Notes: generated from the sequence alone by a model not told the origin. A stretch of 32,000 nucleotides of DNA from Synechococcus sp. A15-24 (GCF_014280195.1 NZ_CP047960.1:360001-392000); one strand, 5' to 3'. Counted from the first letter of the stretch, positions 9,935 through 19,160 are shown. Made by a program: numbers and translations.

Positions 9935-11211
9935 CAACAAGTTCTGCTGTGAAATATCGCGATGATATGGGTGTGCTATCTGATCGATATCGTGCCGATT
10001 TCCCGATCTTTGGCCAGCGTGCGCCGGATGGCCGCCCGCTGATTTACCTCGATCACGCCGCCACCAGTCAGAAGCCGCGCCAGGTGTTGCAGGCCCTGGA
10101 GCATTACTACGCCGCAGACAACGCCAACGTTCATCGCGGTGCTCATCAGCTCAGTGCCCGGGCCACCGAATCCTTTGAAGCAGCCCGCACGGTGACGGCG
10201 GAGTTCGTGCGCGCCGCCAGCCCGCGCGAAATCGTGTTCACCCGTAACGCCAGCGAGGCGATCAATCTCGTGGCCCGCAGCTGGGGTGACGCCAATCTGC
10301 GTGAGGGGGATGAGGTGTTGCTCACGCTGATGGAGCACCACAGCAATCTGGTGCCCTGGCAGTTGCTGGCCCAGCGCACCGGCTGTGTTCTGCGCCATGT
10401 GGGAATCACGGAGACCGGTGAGCTGGATCTCGAAGACTTCCGCAGCAAGCTCAGCGACCGCACCCGCCTGGTGAGCCTGGTGCACATCAGCAATGCCCTG
10501 GGTTGCTGCAATCCCCTGGACCAGGTGATCCCCGCGGCCCACGCCGCTGGAGCCCTGGTGCTGGTGGATGCCTGCCAGAGCCTGGCCCACAAGCCAATTG
10601 ATGTGGCTGGGCTCGATGTTGATTTTCTGGTGGGCTCCTCCCACAAGCTCTGCGGCCCAACGGGAATGGGCTTCCTCTGGGCGCGGGAAGCGTTGCTGGA
10701 GGCGATGCCGCCGTTCCTGGGTGGCGGCGAGATGATTCAGGACGTGTTTCTCGATCACAGCACCTGGGCGGTGCTGCCCCACAAATTCGAGGCCGGCACT
10801 CCAGCCATCGGTGAAGCGGTGGGCATGGGGGCCGCGATTCGCTATCTGCAAGCCATCGGGCTGGAGGCGATTCAGGTCTGGGAAGCGCAGCTCACCCGCC
10901 ACCTGTTCGAACGGCTCCAGGCCATCGAGGGTGTACGGGTTCTGGGGCCCACGCCGGAACAGCAGCCGGATCGCGGTGCGCTTGCCACCTTCCTGGTTGA
11001 CGGCGTCCATGCCAACGACATCGCTGCCTTGATGGATGCCTCAGGGATCTGCATCCGCAGTGGCCACCACTGCTGTCAGCCCCTTCACCGCCATTACGGC
11101 GTGACGGCGTCGGCCCGGGCCAGCCTCAGTTTCATCAGCACCTTTGAAGAAATTGATCGGTTCAGCGAGGAGTTGACGTCCACCATCGGCTTTCTGAGAG
11201 AGCACGGTTGA
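9931..11211 (+). CDS. sufS: cysteine desulfurase SufS
   Basis: 426 aa. Class V aminotransferase motifs: YLDHAATSQKP, SSHKLCGPTGMGFLW (PLP Lys), RSGHHCCQPL (catalytic Cys). ATGA overlap with sufD. Confidence 0.95.
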   Translation: MTTSSAVKYRDDMGVLSDRYRADFPIFGQRAPDGRPLIYLDHAATSQKPRQVLQALEHYYAADNANVHRGAHQLSARATESFEAARTVTAEFVRAASPREIVFTRNASEAINLVARSWGDANLREGDEVLLTLMEHHSNLVPWQLLAQRTGCVLRHVGITETGELDLEDFRSKLSDRTRLVSLVHISNALGCCNPLDQVIPAAHAAGALVLVDACQSLAHKPIDVAGLDVDFLVGSSHKLCGPTGMGFLWAREALLEAMPPFLGGGEMIQDVFLDHSTWAVLPHKFEAGTPAIGEAVGMGAAIRYLQAIGLEAIQVWEAQLTRHLFERLQAIEGVRVLGPTPEQQPDRGALATFLVDGVHANDIAALMDASGICIRSGHHCCQPLHRHYGVTASARASLSFISTFEEIDRFSEELTSTIGFLREHG

Positions 11212-11413
11212 AAGGTGTTCAGTCTCCAGTCGTGCCTTGAATTGAGGCTTTGCTGAAATTTTATTCTGATAGCTGAAAGTCCAGCCTTTGAAGGTTGAAT
11301 ATCGAATAAATGAGGGGTGTCAATCTCTCTCTAAATTTTGATTTTCTGGTTCTCTTAATACATATATCTTTCAGTGTTATCGTGAGCCACTCTGTTTTTG
11401 GGTTGATCGCAGC

Positions 11414-13384
11414 ATGGCCAGCGCTGATTACATTCCATCAGTTTTGCTTGGTCAGGCGGTGACCTCTGAGCCTGGTCGCTCCCGGTATGAGTGGCGTAAT
11501 CAACGCTCTTTTACGGCGATTAAATCCGATGGATCAGTCGTGAGTTGGGGCAGTGTTTCAACCGATGGGAATGAGGACGTTATTCGCTATACGAAAGAAG
11601 GCCCCTTCCAGCAGGTGTTCAGCAACAGGCATGCGTGGGCAGCCATCCGCTCCGACGGGAAGCTGATCACCTGGGGGAATGGCGGTCGTGGTGGCGAGAA
11701 GCGCGACGCAAAAGATGACCTTCAGGATGGAGTCGTCACAGTTTTCTCAACAAGGCGGTCATTCTCCGCACTCAAGTCGGATGGATCAGTCGTGAGTTGG
11801 GGGCAAGATCTGGAAGGAGGGGATAACAGCCTTGTGGCCGAACAATTGACCTCCGATGTTGTGAACCTGTTCTCCACTGGAACGTCGATGGCGGCCTTGA
11901 AGTCGGATGGTTCTGTGGTGACTTGGGGGCTCTCAACAGAAGATCCCAGGTCTGAATCTCTTGGTGGTGATATTGATACTGGTTCGCCCCGTGGCGGCGA
12001 CAGCTCTGAGGTGGCGGACCTGATTGATTCCGATGTTGTTGATGTTTTTTCGAGCCGTTATGCCTTTGCAGCACTGAAAAATGATGGGAGTGTTGTGGCA
12101 TGGGGGGATCCCCTGAGAGGAGGTGATACTGGAGATGCTCAAAGACTTTTAAAAAAAGGGGTTCAATCCGTTGCTTCAACTGGGACATCCTTCGCGGCAC
12201 TGAAGAAGAATGGTCGTGTGGTGACTTGGGGCGATCCCTGGCGGGGTGGGAGTAAGGATGTTGTTGATTTTCATACCTATCATTGGACTCTGATGGAAGA
12301 TGAAAGTGAGCCTTTCATCATTGGTCGTGTCAAGAAAGAACTGCGTTCAGGGGTCACTGAAATCTTCTCAACTCGTTATGCCTATGCGGCTCTCAAGGGC
12401 GATGGCTCACTCGTGACCTGGGGTCTGCAAAAGGCTGGTGGTGATTCATCGGGTGTCCTTGATCTCCTTCAAGTTGGTGTGAAGTCAGTGGCGTCAACGC
12501 GCTATGCCTTTGCGGCTTTGTTGAAGGACGGTTCGATTGTTTCTTGGGGTGATAAGGATGCTCGTGTGATGGACAAGAAGACTAGAAAAGCTCTTGCCAA
12601 TGGTGAGTTTGTCTCCATTGCCTCGAGCCGCTACGGCTTTGCAGCTTTGGCTGATGATGGATCTGTCGTCAGCTGGGGTTCGACGGGATCTGCGGCCAAT
12701 AGCAAATACCCCATTGATACATCTTCCGTGGAAGAAGAGCTGTCTGGTGGTGTTGTTGAAGTCTTTTCGACGGGTTATTCCTTCGCTGCGCTCAAGGATG
12801 ATGGATCTGTTGTGGCTTGGGGTGATGCTGCCAAAGGTGGTGACACCTCTTCAGTGCGAAGACAGCTTGCCTCTGATGTCGTCACGATTGCAAGCCCATT
12901 CACGGACGTTTCAACGTTCAAGTTGATCGGTAATGAAGTTACTTGCATTATTGATTTTGATCTTTCATCTGATGTAGATGCCGCTAATCATCTGATGCTT
13001 GGAGGACTTGCGCGGCTGTCCGGAAAAGGGAATGATCGCGCTAACAGGATTGTGGCTAACAATTCTGGAAATGAATTGTTTGGGCGCAGTGGTGCTGATT
13101 CTTTGATCGGTGGTGAAGGCGACGATGTCCTCCGCGGGGGTGCTGGTGATGATCTGATGAATGGTGGACGAGGTGCCGACCAATTCGAGATGTCGAAGGG
13201 TCAAGATCTGATTGAAGACTTTGAACCATCTGAAGGTGACCAAATCATCGTTGAAAATGAAGATTTGATTTCAATGACTCCAACTGCTGGCGGTTTGATG
13301 TTGACACGCGATGGTGAGGGGCATTCCTTAGTGCTGCAAGGTCTGACTTCCAGTGATGTGTCTGGCTACGACATCTTTGCCTGA
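11414..13384 (+). CDS. secreted-type repeat protein: 10 RCC1-like propeller repeats plus C-terminal RTX calcium-binding repeats
   Basis: 656 aa. Ten copies of the unit ..FSxxxAFAALKxDGSVVxWGxxxxGGD.. (for example AIKSDGSVVSWG, ALKSDGSVVTWG, ALKDDGSVVAWG). These are followed by nonapeptide repeats LIGGEGDDVLRGGAGDDLMNGGRGADQF. No N-terminal signal peptide, as expected for a type I secretion substrate. The gene and both flanks are clearly AT-richer than the surrounding genes. Confidence 0.8.
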   Translation: MASADYIPSVLLGQAVTSEPGRSRYEWRNQRSFTAIKSDGSVVSWGSVSTDGNEDVIRYTKEGPFQQVFSNRHAWAAIRSDGKLITWGNGGRGGEKRDAKDDLQDGVVTVFSTRRSFSALKSDGSVVSWGQDLEGGDNSLVAEQLTSDVVNLFSTGTSMAALKSDGSVVTWGLSTEDPRSESLGGDIDTGSPRGGDSSEVADLIDSDVVDVFSSRYAFAALKNDGSVVAWGDPLRGGDTGDAQRLLKKGVQSVASTGTSFAALKKNGRVVTWGDPWRGGSKDVVDFHTYHWTLMEDESEPFIIGRVKKELRSGVTEIFSTRYAYAALKGDGSLVTWGLQKAGGDSSGVLDLLQVGVKSVASTRYAFAALLKDGSIVSWGDKDARVMDKKTRKALANGEFVSIASSRYGFAALADDGSVVSWGSTGSAANSKYPIDTSSVEEELSGGVVEVFSTGYSFAALKDDGSVVAWGDAAKGGDTSSVRRQLASDVVTIASPFTDVSTFKLIGNEVTCIIDFDLSSDVDAANHLMLGGLARLSGKGNDRANRIVANNSGNELFGRSGADSLIGGEGDDVLRGGAGDDLMNGGRGADQFEMSKGQDLIEDFEPSEGDQIIVENEDLISMTPTAGGLMLTRDGEGHSLVLQGLTSSDVSGYDIFA

Positions 13385-13625
13385 CTTCGCTCGTTGGTGA
13401 GATCGAGATAAGCGCTGAAAAAATGCTCCGTATCTTTAATCACGTCAACTTGTGAGACTTGGTTGCGAAATAAGTGCTCTTTTAGTCTAAAAACTGCCAT
13501 TTGCCGAGAGGATCATGCGTTCCTGATATTCGGGTATGGGTTCGATTGTGTCCACCAGAACAACTTCATCTAAGTTGCTTTTAGGAATCCACTATCAATA
13601 TTTTGCGCAATCTCAGCTGAGGCGT

Positions 13626-13799
13626 TCAGGCAGACAGCTGATTGTTGAACGACGAGTCTTCGTTTTGTTTGAGGGGCACGACGTTGTTGCTTGGGATGGC
13701 GTATTGAACCCAGCGATAGGAGCGCTCGCCTGGACGGGGTGCTTCGGCGACAGGCTCAGGGCTGTTGTAGGTGTTGCCGCGGTAGCGAAGAATGCGCAT
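13626..13799 (-). CDS. small DUF4278-like protein (57 aa, below the ORF-track cutoff)
   Basis: ATG at 13799: MRILRYRGNTYNSPEPVAEAPRPGERSYRWVQYAIPSNNVVPLKQNEDSSFNNQLSA. The M-x-L-x-YRG-x-x-Y start is the DUF4278 hallmark as I recall it. The longer track ORFs here (13536..13886 +, 13613..13834 -) are other frames of the same DNA. Confidence 0.45.
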   Translation of the reverse strand: MRILRYRGNTYNSPEPVAEAPRPGERSYRWVQYAIPSNNVVPLKQNEDSSFNNQLSA

Positions 13800-13973
13800 C
13801 GAGCTCTTGGTTTGAGTGAAAGCATCCCAGGCATGTCTCAGGTCGGGAGTTCAGGTGAGTACATGGTCATCGTTGCTACTGAGTGAACGAGGCAACCATG
13901 AGTTCTGCTGAAGGGCCTTGCTTTTTTAAGTCTCGCGTTAGCGAATATGAGTGGTAGCCCTGCCGGCCGCCTT

Positions 13974-15881
13974 TCATGGCTTGAGGTCGAGGTGGCGCCG
14001 AAAAAAGGATTCCGTCTGTTCCAGAACCTGGATCTGGGTTTCCTGGTTTCGGAATCCGTGCCCTTCGTCGTCGAACAGCCGCACCTCCGCCGGGATCCCA
14101 CTGCTACGCAGGGCATCGGCCATGCGTTGGGTTTGTTCCGGTGGCACCACCTTGTCCTGCAGGCCCTGGAAGAACAGCACAGGGCAGGTGATCTGCTCGG
14201 CGTGAAGCAGGGGTGAGCGTTGCTCATAGCGTTCTCGCTCGGCGGGCCAATCGCCGACCAGGCTGTCCAGGTAACAAGCCTCAAAGCGGTGGGTGTCCTG
14301 GGCCATGGCTGTGAGATCACAGACGGCATAGCGGCAGGCGCCGGCGCGGAACACATCGCTGAAGCAGAGGCCCGCCAAGGTGGTGAAGCCACCGGCGCTG
14401 CCCCCTTCGATGGCGATCTGGTCGGGATGGGCGCGACCGGAGCTGATGAGGGCTTGGGCTGCGGCGGCGCAGTCCGCCACATCCACCACCCCCCAGCCGC
14501 CGTTCAGCCGTTCCCGGTAGGCCCGGCCAAAACCGGTGGATCCGCCGTAGTTCACGTCCACCACGCCCCAACCGTGGCTGGTCCAGTACTGAATCGCCAA
14601 GCTGAGGCCGCGGCGGGCCATCGCTGTCGGGCCGCTGTGGCTTTTCACCAACAGCGGCGCTGGTGTGGGTGGTTGTCCCTGGGGCGGGTAGTACCAGGCG
14701 TGGGTGCGTTGGCCGGCATGACCGGCGAACCAGATCGGTTCCGCCACGCTGATGTCGGCCTGGGCGATCGGCCTCTCCATCGCAGGGGTGTGGACCCAGG
14801 AGCATGGGGCTGTTGGAGACAGGGTCAGTTCCAGCAGCCCGGCCATGGAGCTGCTGTTGCTGGCCACGGCCACGGCGCGACCGTTGAGGGCCCGCAGCCC
14901 GGCCAGGTCGTCGAAGGGTTGATCGATGTAAGTAACCGTGCCGTCCAGGCTCAGGCGTTGGAGCGACCAGCAGCCATCAGCGCAGGTTGCAGCGAGAAGT
15001 TGTTCCCCATCCCAGGCCGTGGTGCTCATGCCGTAGATCCACTGCGGCATCGCGGTTTCTGCCGTCATCGGCCAGGGGGTCTCCCAGGTGGTGCTCCCTG
15101 GTCGCCGTCGCTTCAGGTTCCACCAACCCTCGCTGTCTTCCGCCACCAGCAGCGATCCGTCCTGCAGCCATTGGGGCTGGAACACTGACACCCCTTCACC
15201 GCCAGCAATCGGCCGCGCTTCACTCAGTTCGCCGGATGGGCTGAGATCGGCGCACCACAGTTCACTGCTCTGCCAGGGCATGGCCGGTTGCTGCCATTCC
15301 ACCCAGGCCAGTTGCGTGCCATCCGCACTGAGACAGCCATAGCCGGCGAAGTCCGCCGGCTGATGCCGCAGCTCCGGCTCTTGTTCCGTTGCATCCATGT
15401 CGGCGCTCACCAGTTGATCCACGCCATTGATCTCGCGGATACCAAGCCAGCGGCGGCGCTTCAGATCCAGCAGGCCATCCGCCAGCTGCCAGTCGCCATC
15501 GCGCGTCAGCTTCAAAGGATCCATCAGTGGCTCAGGCCTGTTGTCCCCCAGCAGCGGGAGCCGCCAGTCCTGGCGCCACAGTGCTCCGTCGGCGATCCAC
15601 ACCAGCAGCAACGTTTCGCCATCCATGCCGCTGCACAACACGCCGCCGCCGTAGTCATGCACCCGGCTGCGCAGGCTGATCGGTGAAGGAGTGAGTTCCG
15701 TCGGACTCAGCTCCGCAGCGCCGAAGGGGCGGATCAGGGCCGTGGTGCGCCCTTTTTCCTGAGGTCGCTGTTCCAGCCAGATCAGCCAGATTCGCTGATC
15801 CGGCCCCTCCAGCAGTTGTGGCTCCTTAAGGCCAGGAAGCTTGCCGACGGCGATCGATGCCGGAAGGGGGGTCGGAGCCAT
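13974..15881 (-). CDS. S9 family serine peptidase (prolyl oligopeptidase / acylaminoacyl-peptidase type)
   Basis: N-terminal propeller-like region and C-terminal alpha/beta hydrolase. Nucleophile elbow IAIEGGSAGGFT and acid/His region FQGLQDKVVPP...DDEGHGF. ATG at 15881 is preferred to the track start at 16013, which would overlap the divergent def gene. Confidence 0.85.
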   Translation of the reverse strand: MAPTPLPASIAVGKLPGLKEPQLLEGPDQRIWLIWLEQRPQEKGRTTALIRPFGAAELSPTELTPSPISLRSRVHDYGGGVLCSGMDGETLLLVWIADGALWRQDWRLPLLGDNRPEPLMDPLKLTRDGDWQLADGLLDLKRRRWLGIREINGVDQLVSADMDATEQEPELRHQPADFAGYGCLSADGTQLAWVEWQQPAMPWQSSELWCADLSPSGELSEARPIAGGEGVSVFQPQWLQDGSLLVAEDSEGWWNLKRRRPGSTTWETPWPMTAETAMPQWIYGMSTTAWDGEQLLAATCADGCWSLQRLSLDGTVTYIDQPFDDLAGLRALNGRAVAVASNSSSMAGLLELTLSPTAPCSWVHTPAMERPIAQADISVAEPIWFAGHAGQRTHAWYYPPQGQPPTPAPLLVKSHSGPTAMARRGLSLAIQYWTSHGWGVVDVNYGGSTGFGRAYRERLNGGWGVVDVADCAAAAQALISSGRAHPDQIAIEGGSAGGFTTLAGLCFSDVFRAGACRYAVCDLTAMAQDTHRFEACYLDSLVGDWPAERERYEQRSPLLHAEQITCPVLFFQGLQDKVVPPEQTQRMADALRSSGIPAEVRLFDDEGHGFRNQETQIQVLEQTESFFRRHLDLKP

Positions 15882-15930
15882 ACCTGCTGGATCGAGCCAA
15901 TTACCATGCTGTATTAACGCTGGGGTGGTC

Positions 15931-16536
15931 TTGGCCGGGAGTTTTGCGCAGCTGGCCCGAGCGGCTGAACAGTCGCGGGACACGATGTTGGTTCCGAAGA
16001 CGGCGCTCGACACCCCTCCGCTGGAGATTCACACCCTCGGAGCTGAAGTGTTGCGTCAGTCGGCCCGGCGCATAGGCAAGGTGACCGAGCAGACCCGCGA
16101 GCTAGCTCGGGACATGCTCAGAAGCATGTACACAGCCAAGGGCATTGGACTGGCGGCTCCGCAGGTGGGGATTCATCAGCAGCTGCTGGTGATCGACCTC
16201 GACCTGGAGAACGCCGCGACACCTCCGCTGGTGTTGATCAACCCTGAGATCAGTGCCGCCAGCGCAAGCATCGACACCTATGAGGAGGGTTGTCTCAGCA
16301 TTCCCGGTGTTTACCTCGATGTGGTCAGGCCGACCGCCATTGAGCTCAGCTTCCGTGATGAGATGGGACGGCCGAGAAAGATGAAGGCCAATGGCCTGAT
16401 GGCCCGCTGCATCCAGCACGAGATGGATCATCTCAAGGGTGTGTTGTTTGTGGATCGCGTCACCGATGAAGCCGGTCTTGAGAAGGAATTGAAGGATCAT
16501 GGTTTCCAGAGCCAGCACGTTAAGAGCGTTTCCTGA
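15931..16536 (+). CDS. def: peptide deformylase
   Basis: Motifs GIGLAAPQVG, EGCLSIPG, QHEMDHL. The conserved N-terminus (M)AGSFAQLARAAEQ begins at the in-frame TTG at 15931 (201 aa). GTG at 15925 is an alternative. The track start at 15841 adds a non-conserved extension. Confidence 0.9.
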   Translation: MAGSFAQLARAAEQSRDTMLVPKTALDTPPLEIHTLGAEVLRQSARRIGKVTEQTRELARDMLRSMYTAKGIGLAAPQVGIHQQLLVIDLDLENAATPPLVLINPEISAASASIDTYEEGCLSIPGVYLDVVRPTAIELSFRDEMGRPRKMKANGLMARCIQHEMDHLKGVLFVDRVTDEAGLEKELKDHGFQSQHVKSVS

Positions 16537-16539
16537 TCC

Positions 16540-16737
16540 ATGCCGATGAAGCCCCTGGCCGGACTGTTCCTGGCCCTCGCCTGTGTTTTCGGCATCGCCA
16601 GCACCGGTTGCGTGTTCGAGCTGGCCTACGGCGATCCCGATCTTGGGGTCAGCACCACCAGCTGGATCCTGGCGGTGGCGGCTCCCGCCACCGTGGCAAC
16701 CCTGATTGTTGCGATTCGCCTCAACAAACCGGCCTGA
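16540..16737 (+). CDS. small membrane protein
   Basis: 65 aa with two hydrophobic segments (LAGLFLALACVFGIASTGCVF, WILAVAAPATVATLIVAI). Starts 4 nt after def. Confidence 0.45.
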   Translation: MPMKPLAGLFLALACVFGIASTGCVFELAYGDPDLGVSTTSWILAVAAPATVATLIVAIRLNKPA

Positions 16738-16794
16738 TCGGGGGCGACTGACCGGCTCGGCACTTTTACGATCCGCCCAGCTCCGCTTCCGGCC

Positions 16795-17349
16795 GTGATC
16801 TCTCGCCTTCTGTCCGCTGCCGCCGGTCTTGCCTTCGGCATGGCTGCCGTATCAGCAGCCCAGGCCCAGGGATCGCTGTTCACGGCTGTGCCTGTGGACA
16901 CCAGCAAGTTCATCCTGGTGTCGGCCCCGATAGGCAACGGCGAGCGCTCACAGCTCAATATCTACGAGCAGCGGTCTGAGAAGCGCCCCTGCTTCGCCGT
17001 CAGCGGCAGCTCACCCGCCATCGTCGATCCCTTGTTGTCGACCTTTGATTTCACCGGGATCTGTAACCGCTACATCGACGGCAACGGCTATTCCCTGCGC
17101 ATCGGTGGCGATGACCTCGGCACCCGTTACCGCCTCATGGTGGTGAACACCGGCAGCGACATGGAGCTGCTGGCAGCACCGACAAGGGATCGCAGCCAAC
17201 CCACCTTCCTTATTGCCAGCACCGGTGGTGCCGGCAGTGACTTCCTCAAATTTAACCTGGAGCCCGGCTGGACCCTGATGCGTCGTGCCTACGGCAAGAA
17301 GACCCTTGGCCACATCTACGTGTTCCGAGACAGCGCTCCAGCCCAGTGA
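16795..17349 (+). CDS. secreted conserved cyanobacterial protein (DUF3747-like)
   Basis: 184 aa. Signal peptide MISRLLSAAAGLAFGMAAVSAAQAQ. The body (FILVSAPIGNGERSQLNIYEQRS..RPCF...FDFTGICNRYIDGNGYSLRIGG) matches my memory of DUF3747. Confidence 0.65.
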   Translation: MISRLLSAAAGLAFGMAAVSAAQAQGSLFTAVPVDTSKFILVSAPIGNGERSQLNIYEQRSEKRPCFAVSGSSPAIVDPLLSTFDFTGICNRYIDGNGYSLRIGGDDLGTRYRLMVVNTGSDMELLAAPTRDRSQPTFLIASTGGAGSDFLKFNLEPGWTLMRRAYGKKTLGHIYVFRDSAPAQ

Positions 17350-17508
17350 TGGTTGGCGGCATCAGGTGTTTTCACCCGTTGCCGCATCGCGTCAGCGTTT
17401 CCACACTGAAGCCAGTGATCATGAGGATGCGATGAAAGCGAAGGTTCTCCATTGGTTCCACTGGCTGGGTCAAGCGATGGTCCATGCCCTCGGTTCAGAG
17501 AAGGATCG

Positions 17509-18537
17509 TCACCTGCAGCCACCGTCTTGAGCCGGGCGCATTTTGCTGATCAGGTGCATCAGGAAAAGCAGTGAGCCATCACTGACCCTTGGCAGCCCTG
17601 GACCAAATCGTCCTGCGAAACCCATGGCCTTGTGTTCGGCTTCGATTTCCTTTTTGATCTTTTTCCACTCCACGCCAAACGGTGGGTTGGAGAGCATGTA
17701 GTCGTACTTCTCCTCTGAGAGCTGGTCGTCCGAGAGGGTGTTGCCGAAGCAAATGCTGTTGATGTCCTGCCCCTTGATCAGCATGTCTGCCTTGCAGATG
17801 GCGTAGGACTCGGGGTTGAGTTCCTGGCCAGACAGCACCAGGCGAGCTGAGCTGTTGTGGCTCACCAAGTGCTCCTCAGCCACGCTCAGCATTCCGCCGG
17901 TTCCAGAGGCTGGGTCGTAGAGGCTGCGGACGATGCCGGGCTGGGTGAGTGCCTCGTCGTCTTCGATGAAGATCAGGTTCACCATCAGGCGGATCACCTC
18001 ACGCGGGGTGAAGTGCTCTCCAGCGGTCTCGTTGGAGAGTTCTGCGAACTTGCGGATCAGCTCCTCAAAGACCAGACCCATTTCGGCGTTGCTCACCGTT
18101 TCTGGGTGCAGGTCGATCTGAGAAAACTTCTCGGTTATTAGATACAGCAGGTTGGCTTTCTCGAGCCGGTCCACCTGGAGGTGGAACTCGAAGCTCTCAA
18201 AGATGTCCCGTACCGCAGGGCTGAAGGCTTGGACGTAGGAGCGCAGGTTCTCGCCGATGTTGTCCGCGTCACCCATCAGCCGCTGCATGTCCAGCGCTGA
18301 GCTGTTGCAGAAGAGATGGCCTGCCTTGCGCAGCATGAACGGCTCTGGGTCGAGCCCCTGTCCCTCTCTGAGGGCCTTCTCTTCTAAGACGTCTGCCTTG
18401 GTGGGCTCCAGGACGCAGTCGAGCCTTCTCAGGACGGTGAACGGGAGGATGACCTTGCCGTAGTCGCTCTGCTTGTAGTCGCCGCGTAGTAGGTCAGCAA
18501 CGGACCAGATGAAGGCTGAGAGATTGCTGTCGGCCAC
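17509..18537 (-). pseudogene. hsdM: type I restriction-modification methyltransferase subunit HsdM, 3'-truncated
   Basis: GTG start. HsdM N-terminal domain (FIWSVADLLRGDYKQSDYGKVILPFTVLRRLDCVL), SAM motif I DPASGTGGML, motif IV NPPF. Ends at ...LMHLISKMRPAQDGGCR*, where full-length homologues continue for well over 100 more residues. No hsdS or hsdR follows. Confidence 0.85.
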
Positions 18538-18641
18538 ACGTCAGAACGTCCTCAACAGGATTTTCAGCCAGTCCTGTCAGGAAGTCATCCCTCGTTTGGG
18601 GGATTTGTCGAATCTGGATCGAACTTCTGGTCCATCCGGGC

Positions 18642-18729
18642 AAAAATAAACCCCCGCCAAAGGCAGGGGTTCCAAAACGTCTCTCGAGAGTGTGACCTTG
18701 TTTCCACCTCGTGAGGCGTTTTTCCTCAC
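18642..18729 (-). ncRNA. Yfr2-family-like sRNA, copy 1
   Basis: Minus strand: hairpin GTGAGG-AAAAACG-CCTCAC. Second hairpin GAGGTG[GAAACAAGGT]CAC(A)CTC, presenting GGAAACA in the loop. Then terminator CCCCTGCC-TTT-GGCGGGGG plus TTTATTTTT. The GGAAACA loop motif plus a terminator is the Yfr2-family signature as I recall it. Confidence 0.5.
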
Positions 18730-18748
18730 TCAATCACGATGTCAATTG

Positions 18749-18768
18749 ACTGGCACAGTGACAGTTGG
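18749..18768. repeat. left arm of a perfect 20-bp inverted repeat (ACTGGCACAGTGACAGTTGG)
   Basis: Exact reverse complement of 19772..19791. The core ACTGnCACnGTGnCAGT is itself an imperfect palindrome. Confidence 0.9.
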
Positions 18769-18809
18769 GAGTGGACGCTTTGCCGGCTGTTTGGCTTGCT
18801 AGTGCAGGT

Positions 18810-18884
18810 TCACACTCTTGGAGCGATGTGAGTCACGAGGTCAGCGTTGACCCAGTTGATGACGCCGGTATCGACGTCTAGCCC
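18810..18884 (-). pseudogene. C-terminal relic of a DUF3104 gene
   Basis: Encodes GLDVDTGVINWVNADLVTHIAPRV*. The DVDTGVINWVNAD part matches the copy at 20069..20110 at the amino-acid level with synonymous third-position differences (gac/gat, acc/aca). No upstream DUF3104 body. Confidence 0.55.
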
Positions 18885-19088
18885 CTACGAGTTACCTGCC
18901 TCTAGGGCCATCACTTGATCCATTCTCTTTTCCTCGGCAGTGAGGAAATCGGCCCACATGCCTATTAGGAAGCTCAGAGTCGCTAATGCCCGAACCTGCT
19001 CGTTCGAGCCAGGACGGGTGTATTTGAAGTCCTTGAACATGCGGTCAGCGGCTGATCGCTGTTCTTGGCATCGGGCATCAATAGACAT
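18885..19088 (-). CDS. hypothetical 67-aa protein
   Basis: MSIDARCQEQRSAADRMFKDFKYTRPGSNEQVRALATLSFLIGMWADFLTAEEKRMDQVMALEAGNS. I take the internal ATG at 19088. The 143-aa track ORF extends upstream through two terminator hairpins and runs antisense to a better-biased small ORF. Confidence 0.35.
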   Translation of the reverse strand: MSIDARCQEQRSAADRMFKDFKYTRPGSNEQVRALATLSFLIGMWADFLTAEEKRMDQVMALEAGNS

Positions 19089-19160
19089 TGTCAGGCCTCG
19101 AGTTGCGCCACGGTAGCCATATTTCGTTACATTCCGTAATGAACTTGCTTTCGGGTCTTT

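Noticed and set aside
13536-13886. 116-aa plus-strand ORF and 73-aa minus-strand ORF downstream of the S9 peptidase.
   Set aside because: A third frame of the same DNA gives a DUF4278-type start (MRILRYRGNTY). That is a more specific explanation, and the long ORFs begin in AT-rich non-coding DNA.
17350-17508. Possible 3' remnant of comM on the minus strand (fragments such as RAWTIA, reminiscent of ..RVARTIADL..), or a 32-aa plus-strand ORF MKAKVLHWFHWLGQAMVHALGSEKDRHLQPPS (17432-17530).
   Set aside because: The ComM-like resemblance is a few residues spread over two frames with wrong spacing. The small ORF has no support and its end is antisense hsdM sequence. Neither can be called without alignment to related genomes.
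18611-18630. GTTCGATCC on the minus strand resembles a tRNA T-loop, hinting at a tRNA fragment or att site upstream of hsdM.
   Set aside because: The flanks (CCAGA...TCCAG) do not pair as a T-stem, and no acceptor or anticodon arm can be built.
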